From a virus, in the IMG/VR virus record IMGVR_UViG_3300018432_000004, positions 8,156-72,155 of that record: a DNA stretch of 64,000 bases, one strand, 5' to 3'. Positions 35,752 to 45,685 of this stretch are shown here, one piece after another. A program made the position numbers and the translations under genes. The notes beneath the pieces were generated by a model. It searched no databases, had not been told where the DNA came from, and saw nothing but the letters and a program-made list of their open reading frames with translations. Every line of letters starts with the position of its first letter. Within the stretch, counting starts at the first letter, position 1.

Positions 35752-36995
35752 CCGACGAACCCCGCCCGCTGCTGACCGTGCTGGAGGTCCCGCTCGGAGA
35801 CCTGCACCCCGACGCGTCGAACCCCCGCAAGATCAACGGCCGCCGCATGGCGATCCTCAAGCAGCAGGTCGCCGACGACGACTTCATGCGCGCCCGCCCC
35901 GTCATCGCGCTGCCCGACGGCATGATCGTCGCCGGGGAGCAGCGGTGGCGCGCGCGAGCGCTGATCAAGCGCGACACGTGCTTCGCGCTGTTCGCCGACC
36001 TCGACGAGGACAAGCGCGTGGAGTGGGCGGCGCGCGACAACAACCACGCCGGCGAGTGGGTCGGCGACGCGCTCGGCGAGCTGCTCGGCGACGAGCGCCG
36101 ACCGGACCGCCTCGCGCTCATGGGCTTCACGACCGACGACGTCGAGAAGCTCGTCAAGCCCGCCAAGCGCGAGCGCGGATCCGCCGCAGGCTCCGACGAC
36201 CTGCCCGACGTCGTGGACGACCCCGTCACCAGGCCCGGCGACCTGATCGAGCTCGGGGCGCACCGCCTGCTCTGCGGCGACTCTACGACCGGCAGCGACC
36301 TCGACCGGCTGCTCGCCGGCCAGCGCGTCGACGCCGTCATCATGGATCCGCCGTACGCGATCTACGGCAGCTCGACCGGCCTCGCGGCGGAGGTCGCCGA
36401 CGACAAGATGGTCCGCCCGTTCTTCCGCGAGGCGCTGCGCGCCGCGAACCGCGCGCTCATCCCGTTCGGGCACTGCTACGTCTGCTGCGACTGGCGGAGC
36501 TGGGCGTCGTGGTGGGAGGTCGCGAAGGGCACCGGCATCTCGCCGAAGAACATGATCGTGTGGGACAAGCGCGGCAGCGGGCTCGGCAACAACTACGCGA
36601 ACACGCACGAGCTGCTGTTCTTCGCGACGGCGATCCCGCGGCGCACGCGGATGACCGTCGACAACCCCGGCCAGCGCCCCGTCCTGGACTCGAACGTCTG
36701 GCACATCGCGCGCGTCCCGTCGGGCGAGGACCGCATCCACAACGCGCAGAAGCCCGTCGAGCTCGTGACGCGCGCGCTGACGAACTCCACGGTCGCCGGC
36801 GAGCGCGTCCTGGACCTGTTCGCGGGCTCGGGCACGACGCTCATCGCCGCCGAGCAGGAGGGCCGGACCGCGTTCGCGATGGAGATCGACCCGGCCTGGT
36901 GCGACGCGATCGTCACCCGCTGGGAGCGCCTCACCGGGCAGCAGGCGAAGCGGCCCCGCCGACGCGCGAAGAAGCCGCCCGCAGGCAAGCCGTAG
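35748..36995 (+). CDS. ParB-like N-terminal domain fused to an amino-methyltransferase
   Basis: LHPDASNPRKI..IVAGEQRWRA; HRLLCGDST; MDPPY; HNAQKPVEL; VLDLFAGSGTT. Confidence 0.92.
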   Translation: MTDEPRPLLTVLEVPLGDLHPDASNPRKINGRRMAILKQQVADDDFMRARPVIALPDGMIVAGEQRWRARALIKRDTCFALFADLDEDKRVEWAARDNNHAGEWVGDALGELLGDERRPDRLALMGFTTDDVEKLVKPAKRERGSAAGSDDLPDVVDDPVTRPGDLIELGAHRLLCGDSTTGSDLDRLLAGQRVDAVIMDPPYAIYGSSTGLAAEVADDKMVRPFFREALRAANRALIPFGHCYVCCDWRSWASWWEVAKGTGISPKNMIVWDKRGSGLGNNYANTHELLFFATAIPRRTRMTVDNPGQRPVLDSNVWHIARVPSGEDRIHNAQKPVELVTRALTNSTVAGERVLDLFAGSGTTLIAAEQEGRTAFAMEIDPAWCDAIVTRWERLTGQQAKRPRRRAKKPPAGKP

Positions 36996-36997
36996 CC

Positions 36998-37024
36998 GCT
37001 ACAGTGTGCGGCGCAAGCAACCCC
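36998..37024 (+). promoter_or_regulatory. Promoter/operator/leader motif (copy 5)
   Basis: gctacagtgtgcggcgcaagcaacccc. Confidence 0.8.
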
Positions 37025-37036
37025 GGAGAGGACCCG

Positions 37037-37423
37037 ATGCACCTGACGCCCATCCAGCTCCGCGCGGCGCTCACGCAGGCGCTCGCCGCGCTCGAGGCCG
37101 CAGGCGTGCCGGCCGAGAACGTCGTGCTCGGCTTCACGAACACGCCGCGCGACGACGAGGACACCGCCTACGAAACGCACGTCGGCGCCGGCCACGAGCT
37201 AGACACGGCCTCGCTCGTGCACCTCGTCGCCGAGGACCTCGCGGAGGAGGCGGGCGCCGCAGCCGTCGCGCTCACCCGCCGCGAGCAGTGCACGCGCTGC
37301 GGCTCGCCGCGCTGGCGGTTCCGTCAGCGTCGGCGCCCGCCGCGCCGCGGCCAGCCGCCGGGCATCTACATTGAGACGTTCGACGAGTGCATGGACTGCG
37401 GCGAGCGCGGGCCCTCGCGATGA
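37037..37423 (+). CDS. Hypothetical protein with C-terminal Zn ribbon
   Basis: GGAGAGG RBS; CTRCG..CMDCG. Confidence 0.7.
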   Translation: MHLTPIQLRAALTQALAALEAAGVPAENVVLGFTNTPRDDEDTAYETHVGAGHELDTASLVHLVAEDLAEEAGAAAVALTRREQCTRCGSPRWRFRQRRRPPRRGQPPGIYIETFDECMDCGERGPSR

Positions 37424-38514
37424 GCACCGAAACCCTCGACGAGCGCATCGCGAAGATGTCGCGCACGATCCAGACGAAGAACGAGGAGATCGCGCAGCTC
37501 CAGGGCTCCCTCGACGGCGCCGTCGCTCGCGCCGGCGAGGCGGACCGCCAGGCGCGCGAGGCGCGCGACGCGCTCGCCAGCGCCCGCCGGGACGCCGCGG
37601 CCGCGTCCACGCTGCGCGTCGACCTGCAGCGCGCCCGCGAGGACCTCACCGAGGCGCGCCACCAACTCAAGGTCGCGCGGGAGCTGGCGCCGCCCGACGA
37701 GTCGCAGATAGTCGCGGCGCTCCGCGAGGCGTACGACGCGAAGGAGGCCGAGCTGCGCGAGGAGCTGCGCGAGGTCCAGGCCGACCTCGCCGCCCTGCGC
37801 GACGAGCACGGAGAGCTTGAGTCGACCGCCGAGGAGCGCCGCGACTGGGCGAACCTGACGCAGGGCGAGCTCGACGAGGTCGCCGAGGCGCTCGGTCTGC
37901 CGAAGGACGGGAAGCACGGCGCCGTGGCCGTGGCCGTGGCCGGGCTGCTGCGGCGCCTTGAGCTCGCCGAGCACCAGGGCGCGATCGCCCGCGAGGCTGC
38001 AGCCGCAGTGGACGGGCGGCTGGAGGAGGCCAGGCGCGCCGGCGGCGGCGATCCCGCCGAGGCGCCCACGGAGGGCGTCCGGGAGCGCCTCAACGCCCTC
38101 GCGACGATCGCGCTCAAGCTCGGGCTGCGCCGCAACGCGAAGCCCGACGTGATCCTTGAGGCGTTCATCCGCGCCGAGCTGACCGCGCACGAGGCCGGCA
38201 TGCAGGCCAGCGTCGGGCCAGGTGAGGCCACCGCGGTCGAGCGCCTCGAGCGCCTGCTCGTCGCGCTGTGGCCCGACCGCAACGTCCACGACGCCGAAAC
38301 GACGCCGACGCTCGAGTCGGTCCCCGACGCCGTCGAGCGCATCGAGGAGCTGCGCGACATGGCCGACGAGTGGGCGGACGGCGGACGCCCGGCCGGACCG
38401 GCGACGGACCTCATGCAGCGCCTGTTCGACGCGCTGCTCGCTCGCGTCGAGGCGGGCGAGGCGGATACTGACATGCTCGACCGGCTAGAACGCCTCGCGA
38501 AGGAGACGACATGA
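37420..38514 (+). CDS. Long coiled-coil protein
   Basis: Heptad-rich Ala/Glu/Arg sequence; ATGA coupling. Confidence 0.75.
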   Translation: MSTETLDERIAKMSRTIQTKNEEIAQLQGSLDGAVARAGEADRQAREARDALASARRDAAAASTLRVDLQRAREDLTEARHQLKVARELAPPDESQIVAALREAYDAKEAELREELREVQADLAALRDEHGELESTAEERRDWANLTQGELDEVAEALGLPKDGKHGAVAVAVAGLLRRLELAEHQGAIAREAAAAVDGRLEEARRAGGGDPAEAPTEGVRERLNALATIALKLGLRRNAKPDVILEAFIRAELTAHEAGMQASVGPGEATAVERLERLLVALWPDRNVHDAETTPTLESVPDAVERIEELRDMADEWADGGRPAGPATDLMQRLFDALLARVEAGEADTDMLDRLERLAKETT

Positions 38515-38798
38515 CCGACGACCGCACCGACGCCGAGCGCCTCAACGACGCGCTCACAGACGGCGCGCTCGCCGTCGCGTCCGTCGTCGGCCTACCCTCC
38601 CACGATGCGCGCGAGGATCGCATCCGCCTGCACTGCGACCTCGTCGACCGCGACCGCGTACCCGAGCTCGCGTGGAAGGCGGCGTGCATGGCCGTCGACT
38701 ATCTGACCGTCGCGATGGGTGTCCTCGCCGACGGCGCCGCCATCAGCGTCGAGGATGGCCTCGCCGCCATGACCCGAAAGGACCCGCCCCCATGCTGA
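38511..38798 (+). CDS. Hypothetical protein
   Basis: AGGAG RBS; coupled. Confidence 0.65.
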   Translation: MTDDRTDAERLNDALTDGALAVASVVGLPSHDAREDRIRLHCDLVDRDRVPELAWKAACMAVDYLTVAMGVLADGAAISVEDGLAAMTRKDPPPC

Positions 38799-39157
38799 TC
38801 TTTCGCCCCGAGCTGGCCGCGAAGGTCATGGACGGCACGAAGACGCAGACGCGCCGCGCGCTGTCGGACAACCCGCGGTCCCCGTGGTGGCGCGGCAAGT
38901 GCGCGCACGAGCCCGGCAGCCGCCACGCCGTATGCCCCGGCCGCTCGCAGCACGGCATCGGCTTCGTCGTCGTCGAGGACGTCGCGCTCGTGCGCCTCGG
39001 GCACATCACGCACGACGGCGCGCTCGCCGAGGGCTGCGCCGACGTCCGCGACTTCATCACCACGTGGGAGCAGATCAACGGCGCGTGGAAGCCGCGCGAG
39101 CGCGTCTGGCTCATCCGCTTCCACGTCGAGATCTCTGCCGACCGCGTGACGCTATGA
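38792..39157 (+). CDS. ASCH-domain protein
   Basis: LIFRPELAAKVMDGTKTQTRR..ALAEG..F..W..ING..VWLIRF. Confidence 0.85.
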   Translation: MLIFRPELAAKVMDGTKTQTRRALSDNPRSPWWRGKCAHEPGSRHAVCPGRSQHGIGFVVVEDVALVRLGHITHDGALAEGCADVRDFITTWEQINGAWKPRERVWLIRFHVEISADRVTL

Positions 39158-39444
39158 GCGACGGCTACTTCACCCCCGACGAGGCGGCGACCGCAGCAAT
39201 CACGCTGCACGCCGCTGGCCTCAACGTCTACGTCTCGCTTCGCCACCCGTCGCGAAGCGGCGTCCTCTATCAGGGTGACAGCGAGCGCGCGCAGGGACGC
39301 TCGGCGACCGTCGGCGTCGAGGCCGCGCACGACCTCCCGATCGACGAAATGGTCAAGCTGCGGACCCGCATCCGACGCCTCGGCTATGACGCCGAGGTCG
39401 AGGCCGGCAACATGGCCATCCTCGGAGATTGGACGAAACCGTGA
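39154..39444 (+). CDS. Hypothetical protein
   Basis: Coupled on both sides; 96 aa. Confidence 0.6.
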   Translation: MSDGYFTPDEAATAAITLHAAGLNVYVSLRHPSRSGVLYQGDSERAQGRSATVGVEAAHDLPIDEMVKLRTRIRRLGYDAEVEAGNMAILGDWTKP

Positions 39445-39698
39445 ACACGGCCACGATCAGCGTCCACCTCCGCTACGGCGACAGCGACGACGCCGCCGAT
39501 GCCGTACGCAAGCTGCACGACGACCTCATCACCCCCGCCGCGCCCGCGCACTCCTGCGACGCCGAGCTGCGCGCATCCCCCGCCTTCCAGCCGAACCACT
39601 GCGAGGACGGCGCCCTCTGGACGTGCTCATGCGGCAAGGTCTACGAGCACGTCTGCGACGAGGCCGAGGGCTGCTTGTGGCACGAGGTGGACGCGTAG
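39441..39698 (+). CDS. Hypothetical Cys/His-rich protein
   Basis: HSC..HC..WTCSCGK..HVC..C. Confidence 0.6.
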   Translation: MNTATISVHLRYGDSDDAADAVRKLHDDLITPAAPAHSCDAELRASPAFQPNHCEDGALWTCSCGKVYEHVCDEAEGCLWHEVDA

Positions 39699-39875
39699 AT
39701 GGGACAGCCCGGCAAGGTCAAGGCGCCCCCCAAGCTCAAGCTCGCGAAGGCGCCGCAGCTACCGCACGGCGCCGTCATCGTCGGCGCCGTCCCCGTCACC
39801 CGCGACGGCCAGCACAGCCCCGAGACCGGACCCGACCGCGCCGCCCGACTCCGCGCCCTCACGCATGGCCGGTAG
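39699..39875 (+). CDS. Hypothetical protein, 58 aa
   Basis: Fills the gap exactly between flanking genes; below the track length cutoff. Confidence 0.4.
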   Translation: MGQPGKVKAPPKLKLAKAPQLPHGAVIVGAVPVTRDGQHSPETGPDRAARLRALTHGR

Positions 39876-40710
39876 ACCACAAAAACGCGCCCGCGAAGCC
39901 GCTGCCGCAGCGTCGGGAGAGGACGGTTCGCACGCACGCGCTCCGCGGGCCAGGCCCGGCACCAAGCGCGACCGGGCGAAGACGTCGCCGAAGACCAAGC
40001 GCGGACCGGACCGCCCGCGCTTCGAGCCGGCCAGCGACGTCGACTTCGCGCGCGTCCAGGAGGGCGTGGCGCGCGCCGCGATGGCCGCCGACGTCGCGCG
40101 GCGGGCCGGGACGCCGGCGCAGCGCGCGCAGGCGCTCGCGGAGTTCGGGCTCGTCCCGACCGGCAAGGCCGCAGACGACAAGAAGCTGTTGGACGCTGCG
40201 GCCCGCGTGAAGCGCGACGAGGGGATCGTCGCCGCGTGGGCGCTCGGGCTGACGCCGCCGACGATCGCCGCGCAGTTCGACCTCAGCTCGGACCACGTCG
40301 CGAGGATCATCGACGCACACCGCCAGCGCCGCGCCCGCGTCCCGCTGCCGCTGTCGGGCGACCTGCTGCACGACGCGCTGGAGGCGCTCGAGGCGCAGAT
40401 GGAGCGCTGCACCCTCATCGCGTCGCGGCCGGGCGCTGGCGACTCGGCGAAGGTCGGAGCGATCCGCACGTGGGAGAGCATGTTCGTCACGCGGCTGGAG
40501 CTGCTGCAGGCGATGGGCCACGTGTCGCAGGCGCCGAGCGCCGAGGCGCGACTCGCCCGGGCGCGCGACCTGCTGCGCGGCCTGCTCGACGGCCTGCGCG
40601 ACGAGAACGTGCCGCAGGACGTCCTCGACCGCGTCGCCGCGCGCGTCCTGCACGCCGGCGGCGGCGAGGATCTGGAGAACGTGATCACCATCGAAGGGAG
40701 AGCCCGATAA
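39865..40710 (+). CDS. Putative terminase small subunit
   Basis: Basic disordered N-terminus, HTH (AWALGLTPPTIAAQFDLSSDHVARII), helical C-terminus; upstream of the large terminase. Confidence 0.55.
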   Translation: MAGRPQKRAREAAAAASGEDGSHARAPRARPGTKRDRAKTSPKTKRGPDRPRFEPASDVDFARVQEGVARAAMAADVARRAGTPAQRAQALAEFGLVPTGKAADDKKLLDAAARVKRDEGIVAAWALGLTPPTIAAQFDLSSDHVARIIDAHRQRRARVPLPLSGDLLHDALEALEAQMERCTLIASRPGAGDSAKVGAIRTWESMFVTRLELLQAMGHVSQAPSAEARLARARDLLRGLLDGLRDENVPQDVLDRVAARVLHAGGGEDLENVITIEGRAR

Positions 40711-41129
40711 TGCGCCAGACCGCACCCGAGCCCACCGTCCTGCTGTCGCTCGTCGAGCGGCTCGCCTACCGCCCCGAGTGGACGTTCGGCGTCGCCGACA
40801 TAGACCGCGGGCAGGGAAGCGAGGGCCTGACGTTCACCGTCACGACCGTCGGCTTCGACAGCTACCACCCCGAGCGCGGCCAGACGTACCGCGTCGCCCA
40901 CTACTTCCCCGTCCCGCCGGCGGCGTACGACGAGCGCTCGTGGCGGCGCTGGCTGCTGGACCGCCTGCTCGAGGTTGAGCGCCACGAGGCGTGCGAGTTC
41001 TTCCAGATCGACGGCGAGCGTCCCTACGCCCCGCACCACGGGCCCGGCAACGACCCCTACCTCGTCTTCGAGCACGGCAGCGACGAGGACGCGCGGACGT
41101 CCTTTCGCGGGGAACTCAAGCCGGGGTGA
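40710..41129 (+). CDS. Conserved-looking actinophage hypothetical protein
   Basis: LVERLAYRPEWTF..VPPAAYDERSWRRWL..VERHEACEFF..YAPHHGPGNDPY. Confidence 0.75.
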   Translation: MRQTAPEPTVLLSLVERLAYRPEWTFGVADIDRGQGSEGLTFTVTTVGFDSYHPERGQTYRVAHYFPVPPAAYDERSWRRWLLDRLLEVERHEACEFFQIDGERPYAPHHGPGNDPYLVFEHGSDEDARTSFRGELKPG

Positions 41130-41935
41130 CCAGCGTCCGCGACCTCATGGAGCCCGAGCCCGCGCCGTTCACGGGCACGCCGTGGTGGGAGCAGCGGATG
41201 GTCGGCTTCGACCTAGAAACGACGGCCGCCGACCCCGAGGAGGCGCGGATCGTCGTCGCGGCCGTCGTTGAGGTCGGCGCCGGCCTGCCGCCCGTGTCGC
41301 GGTCGTGGCTCGTCGATCCGGGTATTCCAATACCCGCCGAGGCGACGGCCGTGCACGGCATCACGACCGAGCAGGCGCGCGAGGCCGGCTACTTCGCCGG
41401 CGACGTGATCGCCGAGCTCGTCGAGCACCTCGCGCGACGCCCCGAGGGCGCCGCGCTCGTGGACTACAACGCCCCGTTCGACGTGACGATCCTCGACCGC
41501 GAGGCGCGCCGGTACGGCGTCGAGCCGCTCACCGACCGCGGGCCGCTGCTCGTCGTCGACCCGCTCGTGATCGACAAGCACCTCGACCGCTACCGCAGCG
41601 GCTCGCGCAAGCTCGCCGACGTCGCGGCGCGCTACGGCGCCGACCTCGACGGCGACGGCCACGACGCCGACTTCGACGCCCTGCTCGCGTGCCGCCTCGC
41701 GTGGGCGATCGCCACCCGCGGACGCGTCATCCGCAAGGGCGCGTGGGAGCAGGACCCGCTGCAGCACGACTGGGATCGCATCCGCCCCGACCTCGCCGCT
41801 CTGCACGAGGCGCAGCGCCAATGGGCGTACGTCCAGGCGCGCGGCCTCGCGCGCCACCTCCGCCAGGAGATCCGCACTGACTGGCCGCTCGTGCCCTGTT
41901 CTGTTCCGTTGATCGCCGACCAGGCGAACAAATAG
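41126..41935 (+). CDS. DEDDh 3'-5' exonuclease (DnaQ/epsilon-like)
   Basis: GFDLETT, VHGITTE, YNAPFD, HDADFDAL. Confidence 0.9.
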   Translation: MTSVRDLMEPEPAPFTGTPWWEQRMVGFDLETTAADPEEARIVVAAVVEVGAGLPPVSRSWLVDPGIPIPAEATAVHGITTEQAREAGYFAGDVIAELVEHLARRPEGAALVDYNAPFDVTILDREARRYGVEPLTDRGPLLVVDPLVIDKHLDRYRSGSRKLADVAARYGADLDGDGHDADFDALLACRLAWAIATRGRVIRKGAWEQDPLQHDWDRIRPDLAALHEAQRQWAYVQARGLARHLRQEIRTDWPLVPCSVPLIADQANK

Positions 41936-41938
41936 CCC

Positions 41939-42646
41939 GTGGCGCTGCTCAGCGACGACGAGTGCTGGACCTGCGGCGCGCGCCGCGGCCTGCTCGTCGT
42001 GTGGTACTGGCGCCCCGCGCGCCCGTTCGGCAACGGCAGCCTGCCGCCGCACCTCTACGCCCGCCCGAGCTGCATGGATGCAGCAGCGTGCAACGCCCGC
42101 GTGCGCAAGCGCCGCGACCGCGCGCAGCAGCGCGCCGGCGCGATCTTCGTCCACGAGCGCCCGTGCGCGAACCCGCCCCTCGACGCGTGCCAATGGTGCG
42201 GCGAACCGATCGAGCTCGCCGACCCGACCGACTACCGCCGTCGGCAGCGCACGATGCATCAGGGCGACGAGCACGAGGTCGGCGACCGCAACTGCCGCCA
42301 CGAGTCCGCCGGCGCCCGCGTGTGGAACGCCCGCGACGCGCTGCGCAGCGCCGCGCGCCACGCTGGCCAGACCGCGCTCGCCTGCGCCGACTGCGGCGAG
42401 GTCGTCGAGCAGCTCGGCGACGACGGACGCTGGCGCGGACTCCAGACCGCCACCGTTGACGGGCGCACCGTCAGCACGCGCGTCCCGCATTGGGAGGCTG
42501 ACCACGAGCAGGCGCTCGAGGACGGCGGCGAGCACACGATGGAGAACCTGCGCTGCCGATGCGTCCCGTGCCACCAGGCGAAGACGGCGCGCGAAGCCCG
42601 CGAGCGCGCCGCCCGACGTTCCGCCTTTGCAAAGGCAGAGCCGTGA
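41939..42646 (+). CDS. HNH endonuclease with several Cys clusters
   Basis: WEADHEQALEDGGEHTMENLRCRCVPCHQAKT. Confidence 0.85.
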   Translation: MALLSDDECWTCGARRGLLVVWYWRPARPFGNGSLPPHLYARPSCMDAAACNARVRKRRDRAQQRAGAIFVHERPCANPPLDACQWCGEPIELADPTDYRRRQRTMHQGDEHEVGDRNCRHESAGARVWNARDALRSAARHAGQTALACADCGEVVEQLGDDGRWRGLQTATVDGRTVSTRVPHWEADHEQALEDGGEHTMENLRCRCVPCHQAKTAREARERAARRSAFAKAEP

Positions 42647-43053
42647 CGACGAGCACCGCCGCACGGATCCCCGCGCTGCTGGCGCTCGACCAGCGCGTGC
42701 TCGACGCCCTCGCCGTCGACCGCGGGCGCCGAGGCGATCGCGTCGCGCAGCTCGTGCACGGCGCGCCCGGCTGGCGCTGCACGAGCTGCAACCGCGAGGT
42801 GCTCGTCGAAGATCGGCTGCGTCGCGCGTGGGGCAAGGGCGAGCCGATCCGCTGCCTTGTATGTCTCGACCGCGCCCAGCGGGACGCCCGCGCTGTCGGC
42901 GGCTGGCTGTCGTTCGTCGACATGCCGCGAACGCTGTACCCCGTACTCAGTACAACGCCCGAGCAGCGCCGCGAGATCCGCGAGGTCCTCCGCGGCCTCG
43001 AGCGCGTCGACCAGGCGCAGCAGACGGGAGGATGGTGGCGCCGTGTCCGGTGA
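42643..43053 (+). CDS. Hypothetical protein with Cys pairs
   Basis: CTSC, CLVC; GTGA coupling. Confidence 0.6.
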   Translation: MTTSTAARIPALLALDQRVLDALAVDRGRRGDRVAQLVHGAPGWRCTSCNREVLVEDRLRRAWGKGEPIRCLVCLDRAQRDARAVGGWLSFVDMPRTLYPVLSTTPEQRREIREVLRGLERVDQAQQTGGWWRRVR

Positions 43054-43210
43054 GGGTCGGCGATGCCCGCCCCCGGCCATGCTCCGGGCGGGATGGGGCT
43101 GGGGGCAATCACCCGCCGCTCACATCGCCGCGCCGAACTCTAGCGCGTTGCGTGCTGCGGCAAACTTGCAGGTCAACGAGGCCGGAGAACCCGGCGGGAA
43201 GGTAGGCCAG

Positions 43211-43354
43211 ATGACGGAGGACGAGAAGAACACGCCGGACGTCGAGACCGGCGACGTCGCCGGCGACGTGAACGTCGGCGCGCCCGAGGAGGTCCTGCGC
43301 GGCGGCGAGGACCTTCGCCCCGACGAGGCCGACGACGAGCCCGACGACGACTGA
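43211..43354 (+). CDS. 47-aa highly acidic protein
   Basis: MTEDEKNTPDVETGDV...DEADDEPDDD; followed by a hairpin. Confidence 0.55.
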   Translation: MTEDEKNTPDVETGDVAGDVNVGAPEEVLRGGEDLRPDEADDEPDDD

Positions 43355-43360
43355 GCGCCC

Positions 43361-43393
43361 GAGGGGTCGGCGACGAAAACACGCCGACCCCTC
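43361..43393 (+). terminator. 12-bp hairpin
   Basis: gaggggtcggcg-acgaaaaca-cgccgacccctc. Confidence 0.6.
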
Positions 43394-43408
43394 TCGCGCC
43401 CCTGCGCC

Positions 43409-43729
43409 ATGACCGACGAGCACCTCAACCGACGAGCCGCGACGATGAACGCCTTGCCGTTCGTTCGATGGGACCGAGCGATTCCCGGCGGGGGGTTCAT
43501 GGACGTGTACGGCTGGATAGATCGCGACGACGGGCGGTTTGACTTCGTCCTGCTGACGTTCTTCGACGAGCACCCGCCAGACGCGCCGCCGTGGTGGTCG
43601 ACGTCCTCGGCGCGCTACTCGGCCGAGATCGCCACCATCCTCGGCGGGAGCACGGACACGCACAACGACTGCCAGCGGATCGATGACGTGTTCGGCGACC
43701 GCGTCCCGAATCGAGTCGGGAGCGCATGA
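43409..43729 (+). CDS. Hypothetical protein
   Basis: 106 aa; coupled to the terminase by ATGA. Confidence 0.7.
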   Translation: MTDEHLNRRAATMNALPFVRWDRAIPGGGFMDVYGWIDRDDGRFDFVLLTFFDEHPPDAPPWWSTSSARYSAEIATILGGSTDTHNDCQRIDDVFGDRVPNRVGSA

Positions 43730-45651
43730 TCGGCCGCGGTCCGTCCACCGGCCTCGGGCGCATCTTCGACCCGCCAGCAGCCTCCGACGTCGAGGACGAG
43801 CTACGGCAGGCGTGGGCGGACGACTCGCGCGAGCAGGGCGTTCAGGTCGCGAGCGCCGACACGTTCCTCGACTTCTCGGCCGCGGTCCCCGAGCCGAAGC
43901 GCCCGCTGGACCTCGACCGCTTCCGCTTCCAGCGCGAGCTCTACTCCGACGCCGGCGAGGTCGCGGCGCTCATCAGCGTGATGAAGGCCGCGCAGATCGG
44001 CGTGTCGGCGTGGCTCATCCGCTGGGCGCTGCGGACCGCCGACCGGGGCGCCACGACGCTCTACGTCATGCCTCGCGAGCGGCAGGCGACGGAGTTCTCG
44101 ACGCTGCGCCTCGGGACCGTCATCCAGTCGAGCGAGTACCTCCGCGGCAGGCAGGACCTCCGCCGCACCGCGAAGTCCGACACCAAGCGCCTCAAGTCGA
44201 TCGGCGACGGCTTCCTCGCCGTCCGCGGGTCGAAGTCCGAGGACGAGCTCGTGTCGGTCGACGCCGACGCCCTCGCCCTCGACGAACTCGACCGGCTCGT
44301 GCAGAGCAACCTGCCGCGCGTCATGCAGCGCGTAACGGGCCCGCTCGCGTGGAACGTCGTGCGGCAGGTCAGCACGCCGACGATCCCGAACTACGGCATC
44401 GCGTCGGCGTTCGCCGACTCAGACCAGCGCCGCTGGACCGTGCGCTGCGGCGGGCTCGAGGGCTCGCGCAAGGCCGCGGGCGGCTGCGGGAAGTGGCACA
44501 CCCTCGGCGGCATCGAGACGTTCGCGACGCTGCTCGACTACGAGGACGCGATCCTCAACCGCGCCGGCCAGCAGGTCGGCGGCCCGCCGATCGTGCTGCG
44601 CTGCGACGACTGCCGCCGCGAGATGGACGTCCGCGAGGGCGAGTGGGTCGCCACGTTCACCGACGGGCAGCGCCCCCGCGGCTACCACGCCCCGAAGTTC
44701 GTGGTGCCCGGCGTCAACCTCGCCGGCGTCGTGCACCGCTCCCGCGCCACGAAGGACAAGGCCAGGCGCGCCTTCCACAACGAGGACCTCGGCGAGGCGT
44801 GGCAGGCGACGAACGCCGGCCTCACCGACGAGCAGATCGCCGCCGCCGTCCGAGACTACGACATGACCGGGCAGGGCTACATCGGATCCAACCCCGTCAC
44901 GATGGGGGTCGACGTCGCCGATACCCGCGGCCTCAACGTCCGCATCTCCGAGCACCTGAGCGAGCACGAGAAGCGCGCGATCTGGATCGGGATCGTGGAC
45001 GACGGCCTCGCGCCCTGGGGCGCCACGACCGGCAGCGCGCACGAGATCCTGTCGGAGATCATGCGCCGCTTCCGCGTCCGCATGGCCGTCATCGACCACG
45101 CGCCGGGCGGCCGCCTCACGCGCGGATGGTGCGAGCTGCACTACGGCCGCGCCTACCGCGTGCAGTGGTCCGACAACCAGCGCGCCGTCCTCACCCGCAC
45201 CGACCCGAAGGGCGACCCGACGAAGCTCGTCGCCCGCTACTACGAGGGCATGGACGCGACGCTCGACCTCATCCGCCAGCAGGCCAACCTTCTGCCGAAG
45301 CACCGCCCCGAGAGCTACGACCGCGACCTCAAGGGCCGCGTCCTGCTGGAGGTCGAGATCGAGGAGGACGAGTCCGCCGCGCCGGAGCGGCAAGGCGGCG
45401 CGAAGGTCGGCGAGCTCGTGCAGCGCTGGATCAAGGTCGGACCCGACGACTACCTGCAGGCCGAGGCGTACGATGTCATCGCCACACACATGATGTACGT
45501 CCACCAGGCCGGCGGGCAGATCGCGGCGCAGGACGGCACGATCGTCGCCGGGCGCTCGACGGACGTGCAGCGCACCGGCGACAGCTACCGCCAGCGCGAC
45601 GACCTGGACTACACCGCAGGGCCACCCGACGAGCCCCTCGGCGGATGGTAA
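43726..45651 (+). CDS. Terminase large subunit (GpA-like ATPase plus nuclease)
   Basis: VMKAAQIGVS, TTLYVMP, ALDELDRL, VSTPT, CxxC pairs, TMGVDV nuclease motif. Confidence 0.9.
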   Translation: MIGRGPSTGLGRIFDPPAASDVEDELRQAWADDSREQGVQVASADTFLDFSAAVPEPKRPLDLDRFRFQRELYSDAGEVAALISVMKAAQIGVSAWLIRWALRTADRGATTLYVMPRERQATEFSTLRLGTVIQSSEYLRGRQDLRRTAKSDTKRLKSIGDGFLAVRGSKSEDELVSVDADALALDELDRLVQSNLPRVMQRVTGPLAWNVVRQVSTPTIPNYGIASAFADSDQRRWTVRCGGLEGSRKAAGGCGKWHTLGGIETFATLLDYEDAILNRAGQQVGGPPIVLRCDDCRREMDVREGEWVATFTDGQRPRGYHAPKFVVPGVNLAGVVHRSRATKDKARRAFHNEDLGEAWQATNAGLTDEQIAAAVRDYDMTGQGYIGSNPVTMGVDVADTRGLNVRISEHLSEHEKRAIWIGIVDDGLAPWGATTGSAHEILSEIMRRFRVRMAVIDHAPGGRLTRGWCELHYGRAYRVQWSDNQRAVLTRTDPKGDPTKLVARYYEGMDATLDLIRQQANLLPKHRPESYDRDLKGRVLLEVEIEEDESAAPERQGGAKVGELVQRWIKVGPDDYLQAEAYDVIATHMMYVHQAGGQIAAQDGTIVAGRSTDVQRTGDSYRQRDDLDYTAGPPDEPLGGW

Positions 45652-45671
45652 GGTCGCGCCCAAGCAACCCC
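45649..45671 (+). promoter_or_regulatory. Variant promoter/leader motif
   Basis: TAAGGT-cgcgccc-AAGCAACCCC. Confidence 0.55.
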
Positions 45672-45685
45672 GACGGAAGGACCGC

